Origin: Vulcanimicrobiota bacterium
GTDB lineage: Bacteria; Vulcanimicrobiota; Vulcanimicrobiia; Eremiobacterales; Eremiobacteraceae
Reading direction: 5' to 3'
DNA: 64,000 bases
NCBI GenBank assembly: GCA_963805945.1
Contig: CAWDVP010000006.1
Location: 64,001-128,000 of the forward strand
A model generated the notes under the pieces. The model was not told the DNA's origin. It saw only the letters and a list, made by a program, of their open reading frames with translations, and ran no database searches. Below, piece after piece: positions 9,352 to 21,026 of this stretch. A program made the position numbers and the translations under genes. Numbering within the stretch: the stretch's first letter is position 1; each line of letters begins with the position of its first letter.

Positions 9352-10287
9352 TCACTCTTCCTCCTGTGCCGGTCGTTCGCCGATCGTGACGGTTGGCTCC
9401 ACCGATTGGCCGCCGCGGATGACGCGCAGGCGCACCGCCGTGCCCACGCGGTCGCCGCCGAGCTGCGAAAGCACGTCGTCCGTGTCCTCGATCGGCTGGC
9501 CGTCGAAGCCGATGATGATGTCGCCCACCAGCAGGCCCGCGCGTTCCGCCGGACCATCAGGTTCGACGGCGACGGCGATGACGCCGGAATCCGCGTCGGT
9601 CTTGGCGAGCCGCCGCAGCGATTCGGAAAGACGGACGGGCTGCATGCCGAGTCCGAGATAACCGCGGCCGGCACGCCGTCCGCTCAAGATCTGGTCCACG
9701 ACGCGGTCGACGGTCGTCTTCGGGATCGTCAGGTCGAAGCGGCGCGACAGCGCCGAGGTGTTGATGCCCAGCACGCGTCCTCCGGCGTCAGCGAGCGGTC
9801 CGCCCGAAAAGCCCGGATAGAGCGATAGGTCGAGGCTGATGAATTGATCGATGCGTCCGCCGCGCCACGTGCGCCACTGCCCGCTCACCGAGCTGATGAC
9901 GCCGCTGCTCGCGCGCAGTCCGTCTTCGCCATCGCGCGCGACGGCCAGGACCAGGTTGCCGGTCTTGAGCGATTCGGCATCGCCGAACTCAGCCGGCGCG
10001 AGGCCGGGGGCTTCGAGCGTGAGCACCGCGAGATCCGTGTCCGGATCGCGCCCGGCGAGCTGCGCGTGCACGTTGGTGCCGTCGGGCAGACTGACGCGGA
10101 TGTCTTCGTCACGCCGCACGGCGTGGTCGGCGGTGACGACGATGCCGGGCCGCCACACGACGCCGCTGGAACCGCCGCGATGGCGTGCATGCACGCCGAC
10201 CGTGGCCGCGCCGGCGCGCTCGACGGCCTGCGCGAGATCCATGGAAAGAGCGAGGAGGGTATTGCTGGATTGCGGTGTGGTGATCAT
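9352..10287 (-). CDS. S1C (HtrA-like) serine protease with PDZ, no signal peptide
   Basis: VTADHAV, DLAVL, YPGFSGGPL, GPAERAGLLVGD. Confidence 0.9.
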   Translation of the reverse strand: MITTPQSSNTLLALSMDLAQAVERAGAATVGVHARHRGGSSGVVWRPGIVVTADHAVRRDEDIRVSLPDGTNVHAQLAGRDPDTDLAVLTLEAPGLAPAEFGDAESLKTGNLVLAVARDGEDGLRASSGVISSVSGQWRTWRGGRIDQFISLDLSLYPGFSGGPLADAGGRVLGINTSALSRRFDLTIPKTTVDRVVDQILSGRRAGRGYLGLGMQPVRLSESLRRLAKTDADSGVIAVAVEPDGPAERAGLLVGDIIIGFDGQPIEDTDDVLSQLGGDRVGTAVRLRVIRGGQSVEPTVTIGERPAQEEE

Positions 10288-10357
10288 GGACCAAGTATGA
10301 CGCCGGGGTGCCGGTTTTGCTACCGGAAATAGTGCTAGGTGGGTCGCGCCCGGCGGC

Positions 10358-10729
10358 TTATGCTGCGGAAGTGCGCTCCTTCTTCTGCTGCCCGTCCTCG
10401 TGGTTGGACAACAGCTTCTTGGAGTTACGCATCGCCCAGGTGTGCAGCTGGTCGAGGATCGGCAGCAGCTCGCGTCCGAACGGCGTGAGCGAATACTCGA
10501 CGCGCGGCGGGATCTCGGGATGCACGCGCCGCGTGACGAGACCATCGGCCTCGAGATCGCGCAGCTGGCGGGTGAGCACTTTGGGTGTGATGCCCTCGAG
10601 CGCGCGCTGCAGCTCGCCGAAACGCATCGTGCCTTGGCCTAGATTGAAGATGACGATGACCTTCCATTTGTCGGCGATCATGGCCATGCTGCGCTGGATC
10701 GGGCAGGCGAGTTTGGTCTCGTACGTCAT
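10358..10729 (-). CDS. HxlR-family winged-helix regulator
   Basis: CPIQRSMAMIADKWK...RFGEL..ITPKVLTRQLRDLE..PPRVEYSLT. Confidence 0.93.
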   Translation of the reverse strand: MTYETKLACPIQRSMAMIADKWKVIVIFNLGQGTMRFGELQRALEGITPKVLTRQLRDLEADGLVTRRVHPEIPPRVEYSLTPFGRELLPILDQLHTWAMRNSKKLLSNHEDGQQKKERTSAA

Positions 10730-10892
10730 ATGTCTCCTCGCTATCGTAAGGGGTATTATTCCACTATATAGATACTACTTCCCTTTTTGCAGTGACTCCT
10801 CTATACTGGATGGGTACACTAGATTTACCAGCCCGGATACCCCAGAAATGGCTGGAAACGGCCCCTCAACCCACAGAAAGGCGTACCTCCTC

Positions 10893-11327
10893 ATGGACCT
10901 TACCAAGACCTTCCCCCGCAGCCCAGGCGTCAAGTTCGCAGGCCTGGTCATGCTGGGCCGGACCACCGACAAGGCGCGGGCGCACAACGCCGGCACCCCT
11001 GGTCCCTATCACTTCGGCTGCGGCATGGACAAGCACGTGCTCGGCTTCCTCGGCACGGACCCGGAGGCGTTTGCGAAACTCGTCGCTGCGCACCCGGACG
11101 ACGCCGCGATCGAGGCCTGGGCGGATGAGCGCATCAAGGGCAAGAGCGCCGCGGAGATCGGCACGTTCAACGCCGAGTTCGCGCTCGACGGCCCGGAGCC
11201 GGACAGCGACAGCGAGAAGTTCTTCAAGTCCGAGCAAGAGCGCTTGAGCCGCAAGGATGTCTCGACGTGGTTCGAACTGCTCGACGTCGATGAGAACCGG
11301 CCGGTGCCGGTCCGCATCCTCGCGTAA
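10893..11327 (+). CDS. DUF5069-like protein
   Basis: MDLTKTFPRSP...LGRTTDKARA..G.Y..GCGMD..LGFLG...WFELLDVDE. Confidence 0.75.
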   Translation: MDLTKTFPRSPGVKFAGLVMLGRTTDKARAHNAGTPGPYHFGCGMDKHVLGFLGTDPEAFAKLVAAHPDDAAIEAWADERIKGKSAAEIGTFNAEFALDGPEPDSDSEKFFKSEQERLSRKDVSTWFELLDVDENRPVPVRILA

Positions 11328-11342
11328 CGCTTCTACAACGAG

Positions 11343-11375
11343 ACGGAGCGGTCGAATTCATTCGACCGCTTTTTC
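11343..11375 (+). repeat. REP-like hairpin family A, intergenic, followed by a T-tract (likely terminator)
   Basis: ACGG-AGCGGTCGAA-ttca-TTCGACCGCT-tttt between convergent genes. Confidence 0.85.
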
Positions 11376-11380
11376 TTTAT

Positions 11381-11833
11381 CTACTTGGGCGGGGCTGTGG
11401 CCTGCTGCTGCTGGACGGCGGCGTAGCTGTCGCGGATCGTCTGCGCCACCTGCTTCACCTGCGCGGGCGCCTTGGGGTCGGCTGTGAGGGCGGCCGTGAT
11501 CGCCTGCGATTTCGCGCCATAGTCCGCGGCCTTGGCGGTCGCGCCGTCCGCTTGCCACGCGCCGTACGCGATGAAGTAGCTGACGCCGGCGGCGAGCAGG
11601 TCGGCATAGTGCTCATCACCGGTCTGCGTGCGGGAGAGCGTGACCAGGCAGTCGGCGACAGGCGGCGCGGAGTCTCGCATGAACGCCATATCCTTGGTGA
11701 GCATGGCGCTCTGGAGCTTGGAGAATTCGGTCTGCGCCCAATCGTTCGTGCACTGGGCGGCCGCGGCGGGCAGCACGCCAAGGCAGAACAAGAACGCGCC
11801 ACCGATGACCGCGACGGCGGAGGCGCTACGCAT
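11381..11833 (-). CDS. Secreted helical hypothetical protein
   Basis: Signal peptide ending PAAAA; Ala-rich helical mature part. Confidence 0.7.
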   Translation of the reverse strand: MRSASAVAVIGGAFLFCLGVLPAAAAQCTNDWAQTEFSKLQSAMLTKDMAFMRDSAPPVADCLVTLSRTQTGDEHYADLLAAGVSYFIAYGAWQADGATAKAADYGAKSQAITAALTADPKAPAQVKQVAQTIRDSYAAVQQQQATAPPK

Positions 11834-12002
11834 CGCGCACGCTCGCGAAGATCACCTTGAATGCAGCGGCGGTCTCTTCATCATCCCAGTCGCCTGAGTT
11901 ATTGTCGAGCATGGATATCGTCAGCTGGGCCGCGATGCGGCGCAGTTCGAGGTCTCGATCAGTGCCATCCATTTTCAGAGCCTCCCGGGATGGAGATCCC
12001 GG

Positions 12003-13524
12003 CTAGAGATTCGCCTGCAGCCCGAAGGTCGGGGTGGCGACGTTCGGCCCGAAGACGTTGCGCTCGCCGTAGAATATCTCCAGCTGGTGCGCGAGCCGGA
12101 TATCGCCGTACAGGTCGAGCGTTGGGTTCTTCGGAGTTGTAGAGGCGCGCGTCGACGCCGAAGATCCCCGGCCGGTAGACGGCCTTGAGCCCGAGATTCG
12201 AGTACAGCGCCCCGCCCGAGAGGGTGAACGAACGCGAGAAGCGATGGTCGATGAGCGCGTTGTACGTCGTACTATAGCCGAGGCTGTTCGCGCCGAAGGT
12301 GATACCGGTTGGGCTGCGCGGCAGCACCACGACGTTGAGATCGCTCGTCGGGCCGCCGTTAAACTTATTGCTCCAGTACAGTCGCACTTGCGGCTCCACC
12401 AGCGAGAATGCGTGGGCGTGCCGCGAGCCGGACATCGCCTCGCCCGGCGTGCCCGCCGGCGCTTGGGTTCCTGAACCGCCGGGCGGCGGCGCGCCCGCGG
12501 CGGGTCCCGGCGTGTTGCCCGCGGTCGAATAGTCGCCGAGGATGGCGTTCGCCTTGGCCGTGACGCCGGACAGATCCGCGATCGTCGAGCGCAGTTCCGC
12601 CTGTACTTTCGGGTCGCCGGTGAGCGATTGCAGGTCGGTCGCCGCGCTGCGCAGCTTCTCGCTCGCGTCCTTGAAGTTGACCGCCGTCTGGATGAGGCTC
12701 GCTTTGATGGTCGGGTCGCCGGTGAGCGAGGCGAAGTTGGCCATGGTGGTGTTGAGGTTCTTCGCGGTGTCGGACAGCGCGGTGACGAGCTGTTGGACCT
12801 GCACCTTGTTGTCCTTGACCAGCGTGTTCATGCTGCCAGTGAGCTCGACGAGGTTGTCGCCGCCGGTGCGGATGTAGTGATCCAGCTCGGCCACTGACGT
12901 GTTCAAAGAGACGGCGAGCGAGCTGAGATTCGCGTTCGCGCCGGTGATGAGCGTGTCGGTGTGATCGGCGATCCGGTCGAACTTGCGCAGCATCTCGGGC
13001 ATCTCGTGGTTGATCATCGCGATCGTCTTGTCGAAGCTCTTGAGACGGACTTCGCTCTCGCTGACCAGGTCGCCGATCGTCGGCGGCACCCGGCCCCACG
13101 GCGCGTCGTTTGGATCGGCGGGGATGCCAGACATCACTGTGGCAGAGCTGACGTCCGCCGGCGGCCTGATCTCCAACGTGGACTGACCGGTGAGCGTGCT
13201 CGTCACGACGAATTTCGACTCACGATAGATCTTGGTGCCCTTGTTGATCGCCGCCTCGATGAGGACGGTCTGATCGGGCAGCAGTTTGACGCCCGTGACG
13301 CTGCCCACCTCGACGCCGGACACCTGCACCGACGCGCCCTCCGCTAGGCCGCGCACGTCCTTGAAGTGCACCGCGATCGGATAGCCGCGGAGGGACTGGC
13401 CGATATTGCTGACGGTCACCACGACCGCGCCGGCGGCGACCAGCGCCACCACGGTGAACAAGCCCACGCGGATCTGCTGGGAGGCGAGGCTCGCGCCGCG
13501 CGCGTCAGAACGGGATCGGGCCAA
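12003..13524 (-). CDS. MlaD/MCE-family protein; frameshift near 12130, C-terminus probably ends ..FGLQANL at 12003
   Basis: IRVGLF TM segment; FKDVRGLAEGASVQVSGVEVGSV MCE motif; coiled coil. Confidence 0.85.
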
Positions 13525-14308
13525 GTTCGCTTCCTTGCAAGAACTGCTGCACGATGGGGTTCGGCGAGCGCCGGATCTTCGCCACAGGGCCGGCCTCGAT
13601 GATGGTGCCTTCGAAGAGCATGGCCATGTGGTCGGACAGGGCGTACACCGATTGCAGGTCGTGAGAGACGACGACGCTCGTCGCCTTCAGACGCTCTTGG
13701 ATGCTTTTGATCGTTGTCACGATGATGTGGGTCATGATCGGATCCAGCCCCGAGGTCGGCTCGTCGAAGAGGATGATTTCCGGGTCATTCACGATTGCCC
13801 GAGCGAACCCCGCCCGCTTCTGCATGCCGCCGGACAGCTCGCCCGGCAGCCGGTCGCCCACGTCGGATAGCCCTAGCGATTCCAGGGTGTCGGCCACCCG
13901 CTTGTCGATCTCGGGTTTGGTCATCTTGGTGTGCTCCCACAGCGGGTAGCCCACGTTCTCGGCGATGGTGAGCGAGTCGAACAACGCCGAGTACTGGAAC
14001 GCGAAACCCATCTTCTTCCGCATCTCGATAAGCTCGCGCTCGGTCCAGCCGGTGATGTTCTGGTCGTTGACGTAGACCGCGCCGGTGGTCGGCCGGCGCA
14101 GGCCGTTGATGACGCGCAGGATGGTGGACTTGCCGGCGCCGGACAGGCCGATGATGCCGGTGACCTGGCCGCGCTTGCAGTCCACCGAGCAGTCGGAGAG
14201 CACGATCTTCTCGTCGTACTTCAGCGAGACGCGGTCCAGTCGGATAGCGATGCCCGCCGCCGGATCGGGCGGACCTGCGGGCTGGTCGTCGACCTCGAGC
14301 GCGCTCAA
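13505..14308 (-). CDS. mlaF: MlaF-type ABC ATPase
   Basis: GLSGAGKST, FQYSALFDSLT, LSGGMQKR, DEPTSGLDP, VSHD. Confidence 0.9.
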   Translation of the reverse strand: MSALEVDDQPAGPPDPAAGIAIRLDRVSLKYDEKIVLSDCSVDCKRGQVTGIIGLSGAGKSTILRVINGLRRPTTGAVYVNDQNITGWTERELIEMRKKMGFAFQYSALFDSLTIAENVGYPLWEHTKMTKPEIDKRVADTLESLGLSDVGDRLPGELSGGMQKRAGFARAIVNDPEIILFDEPTSGLDPIMTHIIVTTIKSIQERLKATSVVVSHDLQSVYALSDHMAMLFEGTIIEAGPVAKIRRSPNPIVQQFLQGSELGPIPF

Positions 14309-15075
14309 TGGAACAACAGGTACGACATGGCGAGGTTGGAGGCGAAGATCAAGATGATCGACGTGACCACGGCGTGCGTCGTGGATCGCCCGACTCCATC
14401 GGCGCCGCCTTCAGTGCGAAAGCCCTCGTAGCACGCGACGATCGCCACGATCCCGCCGAAGACCGCCGCCTTGAGCACGCCGCGCAGAAAATCTTGTTCG
14501 TCGGTCGTCACCTGGATGGAGTGGAAGTACGCGTATTGCGAGATGTTGGCCTCGATGTGCGCCATGACGTATCCGCCGACGATGCCGACGACGTCTGCGA
14601 ACACGGTGAGCAGCGGCATGGTGAGCACGCACGCGAGCAGACGCGGCGCGACGAGCACCTTCGTCGGGCTGACGCCCATCGACTGGAAGGCCTCGATCTG
14701 TTCGGTCACCTTCATGGAACCGAGCGACGCGGTCACCGCGGCGCCGGCGCGCCCGGCGAACACGATGCCGGTGAGCATCGGCCCGAGCTCGCGAAACGTG
14801 CCGATCGCGACGCTGCCGCCGACGTATTGCGTCAAGCCGTTCTGCACCGCCGCCTGTGCCGCCTCAAGCGAGATCACCATGCCGGTGAAGAGCGATGTGA
14901 GCACGACGATGGGCCACGACTCGACGCCGAGGAAGTACGCCTGCCGCAAGACCTCCGAGACGCGCACCTGGAGCGTGAAGATGTAGCGCAGCGCATCGCC
15001 GAGCAGCAGCACGAGGCCGCCCGTGTAGCCCAGGAAGCGGGCGATCGGATCGGCGTACCGCTGCCGTTCGATCAC
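14305..15075 (-). CDS. mlaE: MlaE-type ABC permease
   Basis: RELGPMLTG, GRAGAA, SMKVTEQIEA, GADGVGRSTT. Confidence 0.92.
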   Translation of the reverse strand: MIERQRYADPIARFLGYTGGLVLLLGDALRYIFTLQVRVSEVLRQAYFLGVESWPIVVLTSLFTGMVISLEAAQAAVQNGLTQYVGGSVAIGTFRELGPMLTGIVFAGRAGAAVTASLGSMKVTEQIEAFQSMGVSPTKVLVAPRLLACVLTMPLLTVFADVVGIVGGYVMAHIEANISQYAYFHSIQVTTDEQDFLRGVLKAAVFGGIVAIVACYEGFRTEGGADGVGRSTTHAVVTSIILIFASNLAMSYLLFH

Positions 15076-15383
15076 GGCGTGCCGTTCCGTTGCGCGAGCG
15101 TGTCGAGCACCCGCTGCGCGCCGCTCAGCCGGCGTTCCGCGACCCCGCGCTCGGCCTGCAGGTTGTACTGCCGCTGGTAGAGATCGTCCAGCGTGCGATC
15201 GAGCCGCTCGAGGTGGCGTTGCGCTTCTGCCGCCATATCGCCGAAGTACTTGGCCGCGGCCGCGTGCAACGCCTCGACCGCCGCCGGCCCCTCGCCTCGG
15301 CCCACCCGCTCGCGCGCCCGCACGATGGCGCGATCTGTGATGTGGAACTCGTCGATGAGGGCGAGCAGCTCGCCTTCGCTCAC
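15072..15383 (-). CDS. Coiled-coil hypothetical protein coupled between rph and mlaE
   Basis: GTG start overlaps rph stop; stop overlaps mlaE start. Confidence 0.6.
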   Translation of the reverse strand: MSEGELLALIDEFHITDRAIVRARERVGRGEGPAAVEALHAAAAKYFGDMAAEAQRHLERLDRTLDDLYQRQYNLQAERGVAERRLSGAQRVLDTLAQRNGTP

Positions 15384-16152
15384 GCGGTCGCCGCTTTCGG
15401 GGACCTGCCGAAGGCCGGCACGCCGAAGGGCGCGAGCGCGCTGCGCTGCTGCTCGACGAGGGTGGTGATCCCGCCGCCGGCAAGCGCCAGCAGCCGGTCG
15501 AAGTCGGTGCGGGAGAACGGCATGCCTTCGCCAGTGCCTTGGATCTCGACGAGCCGCCCGTCGCCCGTCATGGCGACGTTCATGTCGACCTGCGCCTGCG
15601 AGTCCTCCTCGTAGCACAGGTCGAGCATGGGGCGTCCCCCCACGATGCCGACGGAGGTCGCGGCGAGCCAATCGGTGAGCGGCCAGCCGCGCAGCTTGTT
15701 AGCGGCGCGCAGCTTGACGAGCGCGAGCGCGAGCGCGACGAAGGCGCCGGTGATCGCCGCGGTGCGCGTGCCGCCGTCGGCTTCGAGCACGTCGCAATCG
15801 AGCACGATGGTGCGCTCGCCTAAGGCGCGCAGATCGACCACCGACCGCAAACAACGGCCGATGATGCGTTGGATCTCGTGCGTCCGGCCGCCCAGACGGC
15901 CCTTGACGGATTCGCGCTGCGTGCGCTCCGAGGTCGAGCGCGGCAGCAGCGCGTACTCGGCCGTCACCCAGCCGGTGCCTTGCCCTTTGAGGAAGAGCGG
16001 CGCGCGGTCTTCGACCGTCGCGGCGCACAGCACCCGCGTGTTGCCGATCTCGATGAGCGCAGAGCCTTCCGCGAACCGCAAGTAGTTCGGCGTGATGGCA
16101 AAGGGCCGCGCCTGGTCGTCAGCGCGTCCGTCCGCGCGCGCGGCTGAAGGCG

Positions 16153-16156
<4 letters not shown>
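15380..16156 (-). CDS. rph: Ribonuclease PH
   Basis: [37 protein letters not shown]. Confidence 0.97.
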
Positions 16157-17982
<1,826 letters not shown>

Positions 17983-17988
17983 GCGCGT

Positions 17989-18594
17989 CTACCCTCCGCT
18001 GCTCTGCACGCGCCACACCTTGAGCGCCTCGGCGGTGAGGATGGCGCGCAGCTGCGCCACCGCAACGTCGAATTCGTCGTTGATGATGAGGTACTCGTAG
18101 TCGTTGATCGCGGTCGCCTCGATGCGGGCGGTCTCGAGCCGGGCTGCGATGTCGCTCGGCGTGTCCGCGTTGCGCACCTCGAGCCGCCGTTGCAGCTCGT
18201 CCTCGGAACCGACCGTCAGGAACACCAAGACGGCCTGCGGGAAGAGCTTCTTGATCGCCAGCGCGCCGTTGACCTCGGGTTTCATCACGAGATCGCGACC
18301 GGAACGGAGCGTCTGTTCCACGAATGCCTTCGGCGTGCCGTACAGATTGCCCGCGTACTCGCGCGTTTCGATGAAGTCGCCCGCCTTCAGCATGCGCTCG
18401 AAATCGGCGCGCGATACGAAATGATAATGGACGCCTTCGATCTCGCCCGGGCGCGGCGCGCGCGTCGTCGTCGAGACGCAGTACGCGACCTCGGGTTCCA
18501 ACGTGCGCAGCGCGGCGATGACGCTGTCCTTGCCGGATCCCGAGGGACCGGACACGACGAGCAGCACGGCTTTTCGAATCGGCGTGGCTTCCAT
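17989..18594 (-). CDS. gmk: Guanylate kinase
   Basis: SGPSGSGK, STTTRAPRPGEIEGVHYHF, YGTP. Confidence 0.96.
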   Translation of the reverse strand: MEATPIRKAVLLVVSGPSGSGKDSVIAALRTLEPEVAYCVSTTTRAPRPGEIEGVHYHFVSRADFERMLKAGDFIETREYAGNLYGTPKAFVEQTLRSGRDLVMKPEVNGALAIKKLFPQAVLVFLTVGSEDELQRRLEVRNADTPSDIAARLETARIEATAINDYEYLIINDEFDVAVAQLRAILTAEALKVWRVQSSGG

Positions 18595-18602
18595 ATCCTC
18601 AT

Positions 18603-20423
18603 ATGACGCTTGATAGCTGGATGGTCGGGCGCTTAGCCCTCGAGCTGCAGGCGCTGCTCTCAGGCGCGCGCATCACGGAGCTGCGCGGCGGCGCGCTGTC
18701 GTTGACGGTGGCGCTCTATCGCCGGCAGCGGCAACCGGTGCTCTACGCGTCCTTCGACCCGCAGGCGCCTCTGGCCGCAGTGCTGGAGAGCGCCGGCCCC
18801 GCAAACGAAAGCGGCCCCGGTAGCTGGGCCGGCGGCGTCGCTCCGCTGCTCCGCGGGAGCGTCGTCGACGCAGTCCATGCCGTCCCAAACGACCGCATCC
18901 TCAACATCGACGTGAGTTCTCGCTCCGCGTTTGGGGTGCCTGCGCGGCACCGTATCGTCCTCGAGCTGGAGCCTCGCAAAGCCAACGCGTTGGTGCTGCG
19001 CCCGATGGATCACGACCGCTGGACGATCCTCGCTGCCGCCAAGGAATTCGAAGGCAGCGACGGCTCGCGCGCGATCGAGGTCGGCGAGATGTACGCGCCG
19101 CCGCCTGCGCGCCGGGCGAAGCTTGATCGGGCCGCGTTCCTCACCGCGGTCGATATAGAGCGCTTGGAGCGGTCGAATTCATTCGACCGACTCGACCCAT
19201 CAACTGCAGTGCCCGAGCGAAGCTCGGGAGATCTCCGCCTTCGCTCCCTCGCGCGTCTGTTAGGCGAGTTCGACCCGACCTGTACGCCGCCGCTCGCGCG
19301 CGAGGTGATCGAGCGCGCTCTGGAGCGCCCCAACGACGAGCTGGGGTACGCGATGCTCGACGTATGGGGACCGCTGCGCGAGCAGGTCGCTGTCGCCGCT
19401 GCGGATTTCGCGGCGCCCATCTTCGCGTATCGGCGCGGCAGCGGCGTCGCCACCTGCCACGTCGTCTCCCTGACCTGGCCGCCCGGCGAAGCCTCGCGCG
19501 AGAAGAGTCTCAACGCGCTCTGCGCGCAGGAGCTCGAACGCGGCCAGCGCACGCGCGTCGAACCGGCGGCAGCCGCGCTGCGCAAGAGGCTCGAATTGAT
19601 GCTGACGCGGTGCGACGCGGAAGTCGCCGGGCTGCGGGCTGCGCTTGATCGGGCGGACCGCGCCACTGAGCTGCGCGCCGCCGGCGATGCGCTCTACGCG
19701 GGTCTCGCGGACATCGAGCCGGGCAGCACGTCGTTCGTCACCGCGGACGGACACGCGGTCGCGCTCAACCCGCTGCTCACGCCGAAGCAGAACGCGGCCG
19801 ACTACTTCAAACGATACAAGAGGGCGCGCAGCGGGCTGCCGCGCATCAAGGCGCGGCTCGCCGCGCTCGCCGCGCACAAAGAGCATTGGGAACAGCTGCT
19901 GTGGGAGCTCGATCGCGCGGACGCGCAGCCGGCGCTGCGCACCGCGATCCACGCCGACGTGACCGCAGCGATCTCCAAACGCAAGGCCCCTGGAGCGGCC
20001 GACTTTAGTCGACCGGGAAAAGCGAAACGTAAGAGCAGCGGTCGAATGGATTCGACCGCTCCAAAGTTTGGCGAAGGTGTGCTGCTGTCCGGTGGCGCGA
20101 CTGCGTTCGTCGGCCGCTCGCCAAAAGACAACGAGCGGCTGACCTTCGTTGTCGCGCGGCCGAACGACTACTGGTTCCACGCGCGCGGCATCCCTGGTGC
20201 GCACGTCATCCTCAAGCTCGCGCATGCGGGCGAAACGCCCACCCAAGAACAGCTCGAGGCCGCTGCGGCGCTTGCCGCGGGAGCGAGCCGTGCCTCAGAC
20301 GCCGGCAAGGTCGAAGTCGATTACACCCAACGCAAGCACGTGCGGCGTCAAGGCAAAGGCGCGACCGGGCTCGTCTGGTACACGGACGTCAAGACGATCC
20401 TGGTCACGCCCAAGGGCCCCTAG
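18603..20423 (+). CDS. rqcH: RqcH/Rqc2 (FbpA, NFACT) ribosome quality control factor
   Basis: MTLD N-terminus, NDRIL, LTPKQNAADYFKRYKR, VGRSPKDNE, WFHARGIPGAHV, VDYTQRKHV. Confidence 0.88.
   Translation: MTLDSWMVGRLALELQALLSGARITELRGGALSLTVALYRRQRQPVLYASFDPQAPLAAVLESAGPANESGPGSWAGGVAPLLRGSVVDAVHAVPNDRILNIDVSSRSAFGVPARHRIVLELEPRKANALVLRPMDHDRWTILAAAKEFEGSDGSRAIEVGEMYAPPPARRAKLDRAAFLTAVDIERLERSNSFDRLDPSTAVPERSSGDLRLRSLARLLGEFDPTCTPPLAREVIERALERPNDELGYAMLDVWGPLREQVAVAAADFAAPIFAYRRGSGVATCHVVSLTWPPGEASREKSLNALCAQELERGQRTRVEPAAAALRKRLELMLTRCDAEVAGLRAALDRADRATELRAAGDALYAGLADIEPGSTSFVTADGHAVALNPLLTPKQNAADYFKRYKRARSGLPRIKARLAALAAHKEHWEQLLWELDRADAQPALRTAIHADVTAAISKRKAPGAADFSRPGKAKRKSSGRMDSTAPKFGEGVLLSGGATAFVGRSPKDNERLTFVVARPNDYWFHARGIPGAHVILKLAHAGETPTQEQLEAAAALAAGASRASDAGKVEVDYTQRKHVRRQGKGATGLVWYTDVKTILVTPKGP
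19164..19189 (+). repeat. REP-like family A, in frame within rqcH (LERSNSFDR)
   Basis: TTGG-AGCGGTCGAA-ttca-TTCGACCG. Confidence 0.85.
19206..19229 (+). repeat. REP-like family B, in frame within rqcH (AVPERSSG)
   Basis: GCAG-TGCCCGAGC-gaa-GCTCGGGA. Confidence 0.8.
19990..20064. repeat. Inverted doublet of family A elements in frame within rqcH
   Basis: CTGG-AGCGGCCGAC-ttta-GTCGACCG (19990-20015) and AGCGGTCGAA-tgga-TTCGACCGCT-CCAA (20037-20064). Confidence 0.8.
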
Positions 20424-20967
20424 TTACCCTTGCCGTTGTTACCGTTGCCTTGTTGCCGTTGCCGTTGTTACCGTTGCCCTTGTTACCGTTGCCTTCGTTC
20501 TCGTTGTTCGGGTGCTGCTTCCAGTATTGCTTGCAGTGCCCCGGCGGCCAGCACGCGGGATGGTAGTTCTGCGGGAAATACGCGACCATGTGTGTCGTGG
20601 TGCAGCGCGTGTAATAGCCGTTGAACGAGCACGGCTGCGTTCCGTTGTTGCTCAAATACGTGACGACGCCGCCGCTGTTGGGATACACGACGCGCCCGTC
20701 ACCGTAGATGACGCCGCCATCGGCCGTGTATCCGACCACGGTATTGGCTTGCAGCGCCGCGGTGTTGGCGGCCGCCAGCTTATGCTCGTAGTTGTTGTAG
20801 AGGATGATGCCCGCGGCGACTGCGAGTCCGCCGAGGATGATGTTGCGCGTGGTCGCGGCGCTATCCGCCCGCACCGGCGCGAACAGTCCGGCGAGCATGG
20901 AGACGACCAAAGCCAAGACGAGAAACGCCTTGGACAGACCGCCGAAGCGTGGGAATGACAAAGCCAT
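20404..20967 (-). CDS. Secreted/membrane protein with PPGHCK motif and Asn/Gly/Lys low-complexity tail
   Basis: AAGGAG RBS, signal peptide ending PVRA, GNGNK repeats; one missing G near 20448 would give a stop at 20420. Confidence 0.75.
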   Translation of the reverse strand: MALSFPRFGGLSKAFLVLALVVSMLAGLFAPVRADSAATTRNIILGGLAVAAGIILYNNYEHKLAAANTAALQANTVVGYTADGGVIYGDGRVVYPNSGGVVTYLSNNGTQPCSFNGYYTRCTTTHMVAYFPQNYHPACWPPGHCKQYWKQHPNNENEGNGNKGNGNNGNGNKATVTTARVTRGPWA

Positions 20968-21026
20968 GAGAGTTCTCCTTTGCGGGTTTCGTACCCGATC
21001 CAGACCGATCTCAAACCAAGGAGCGG

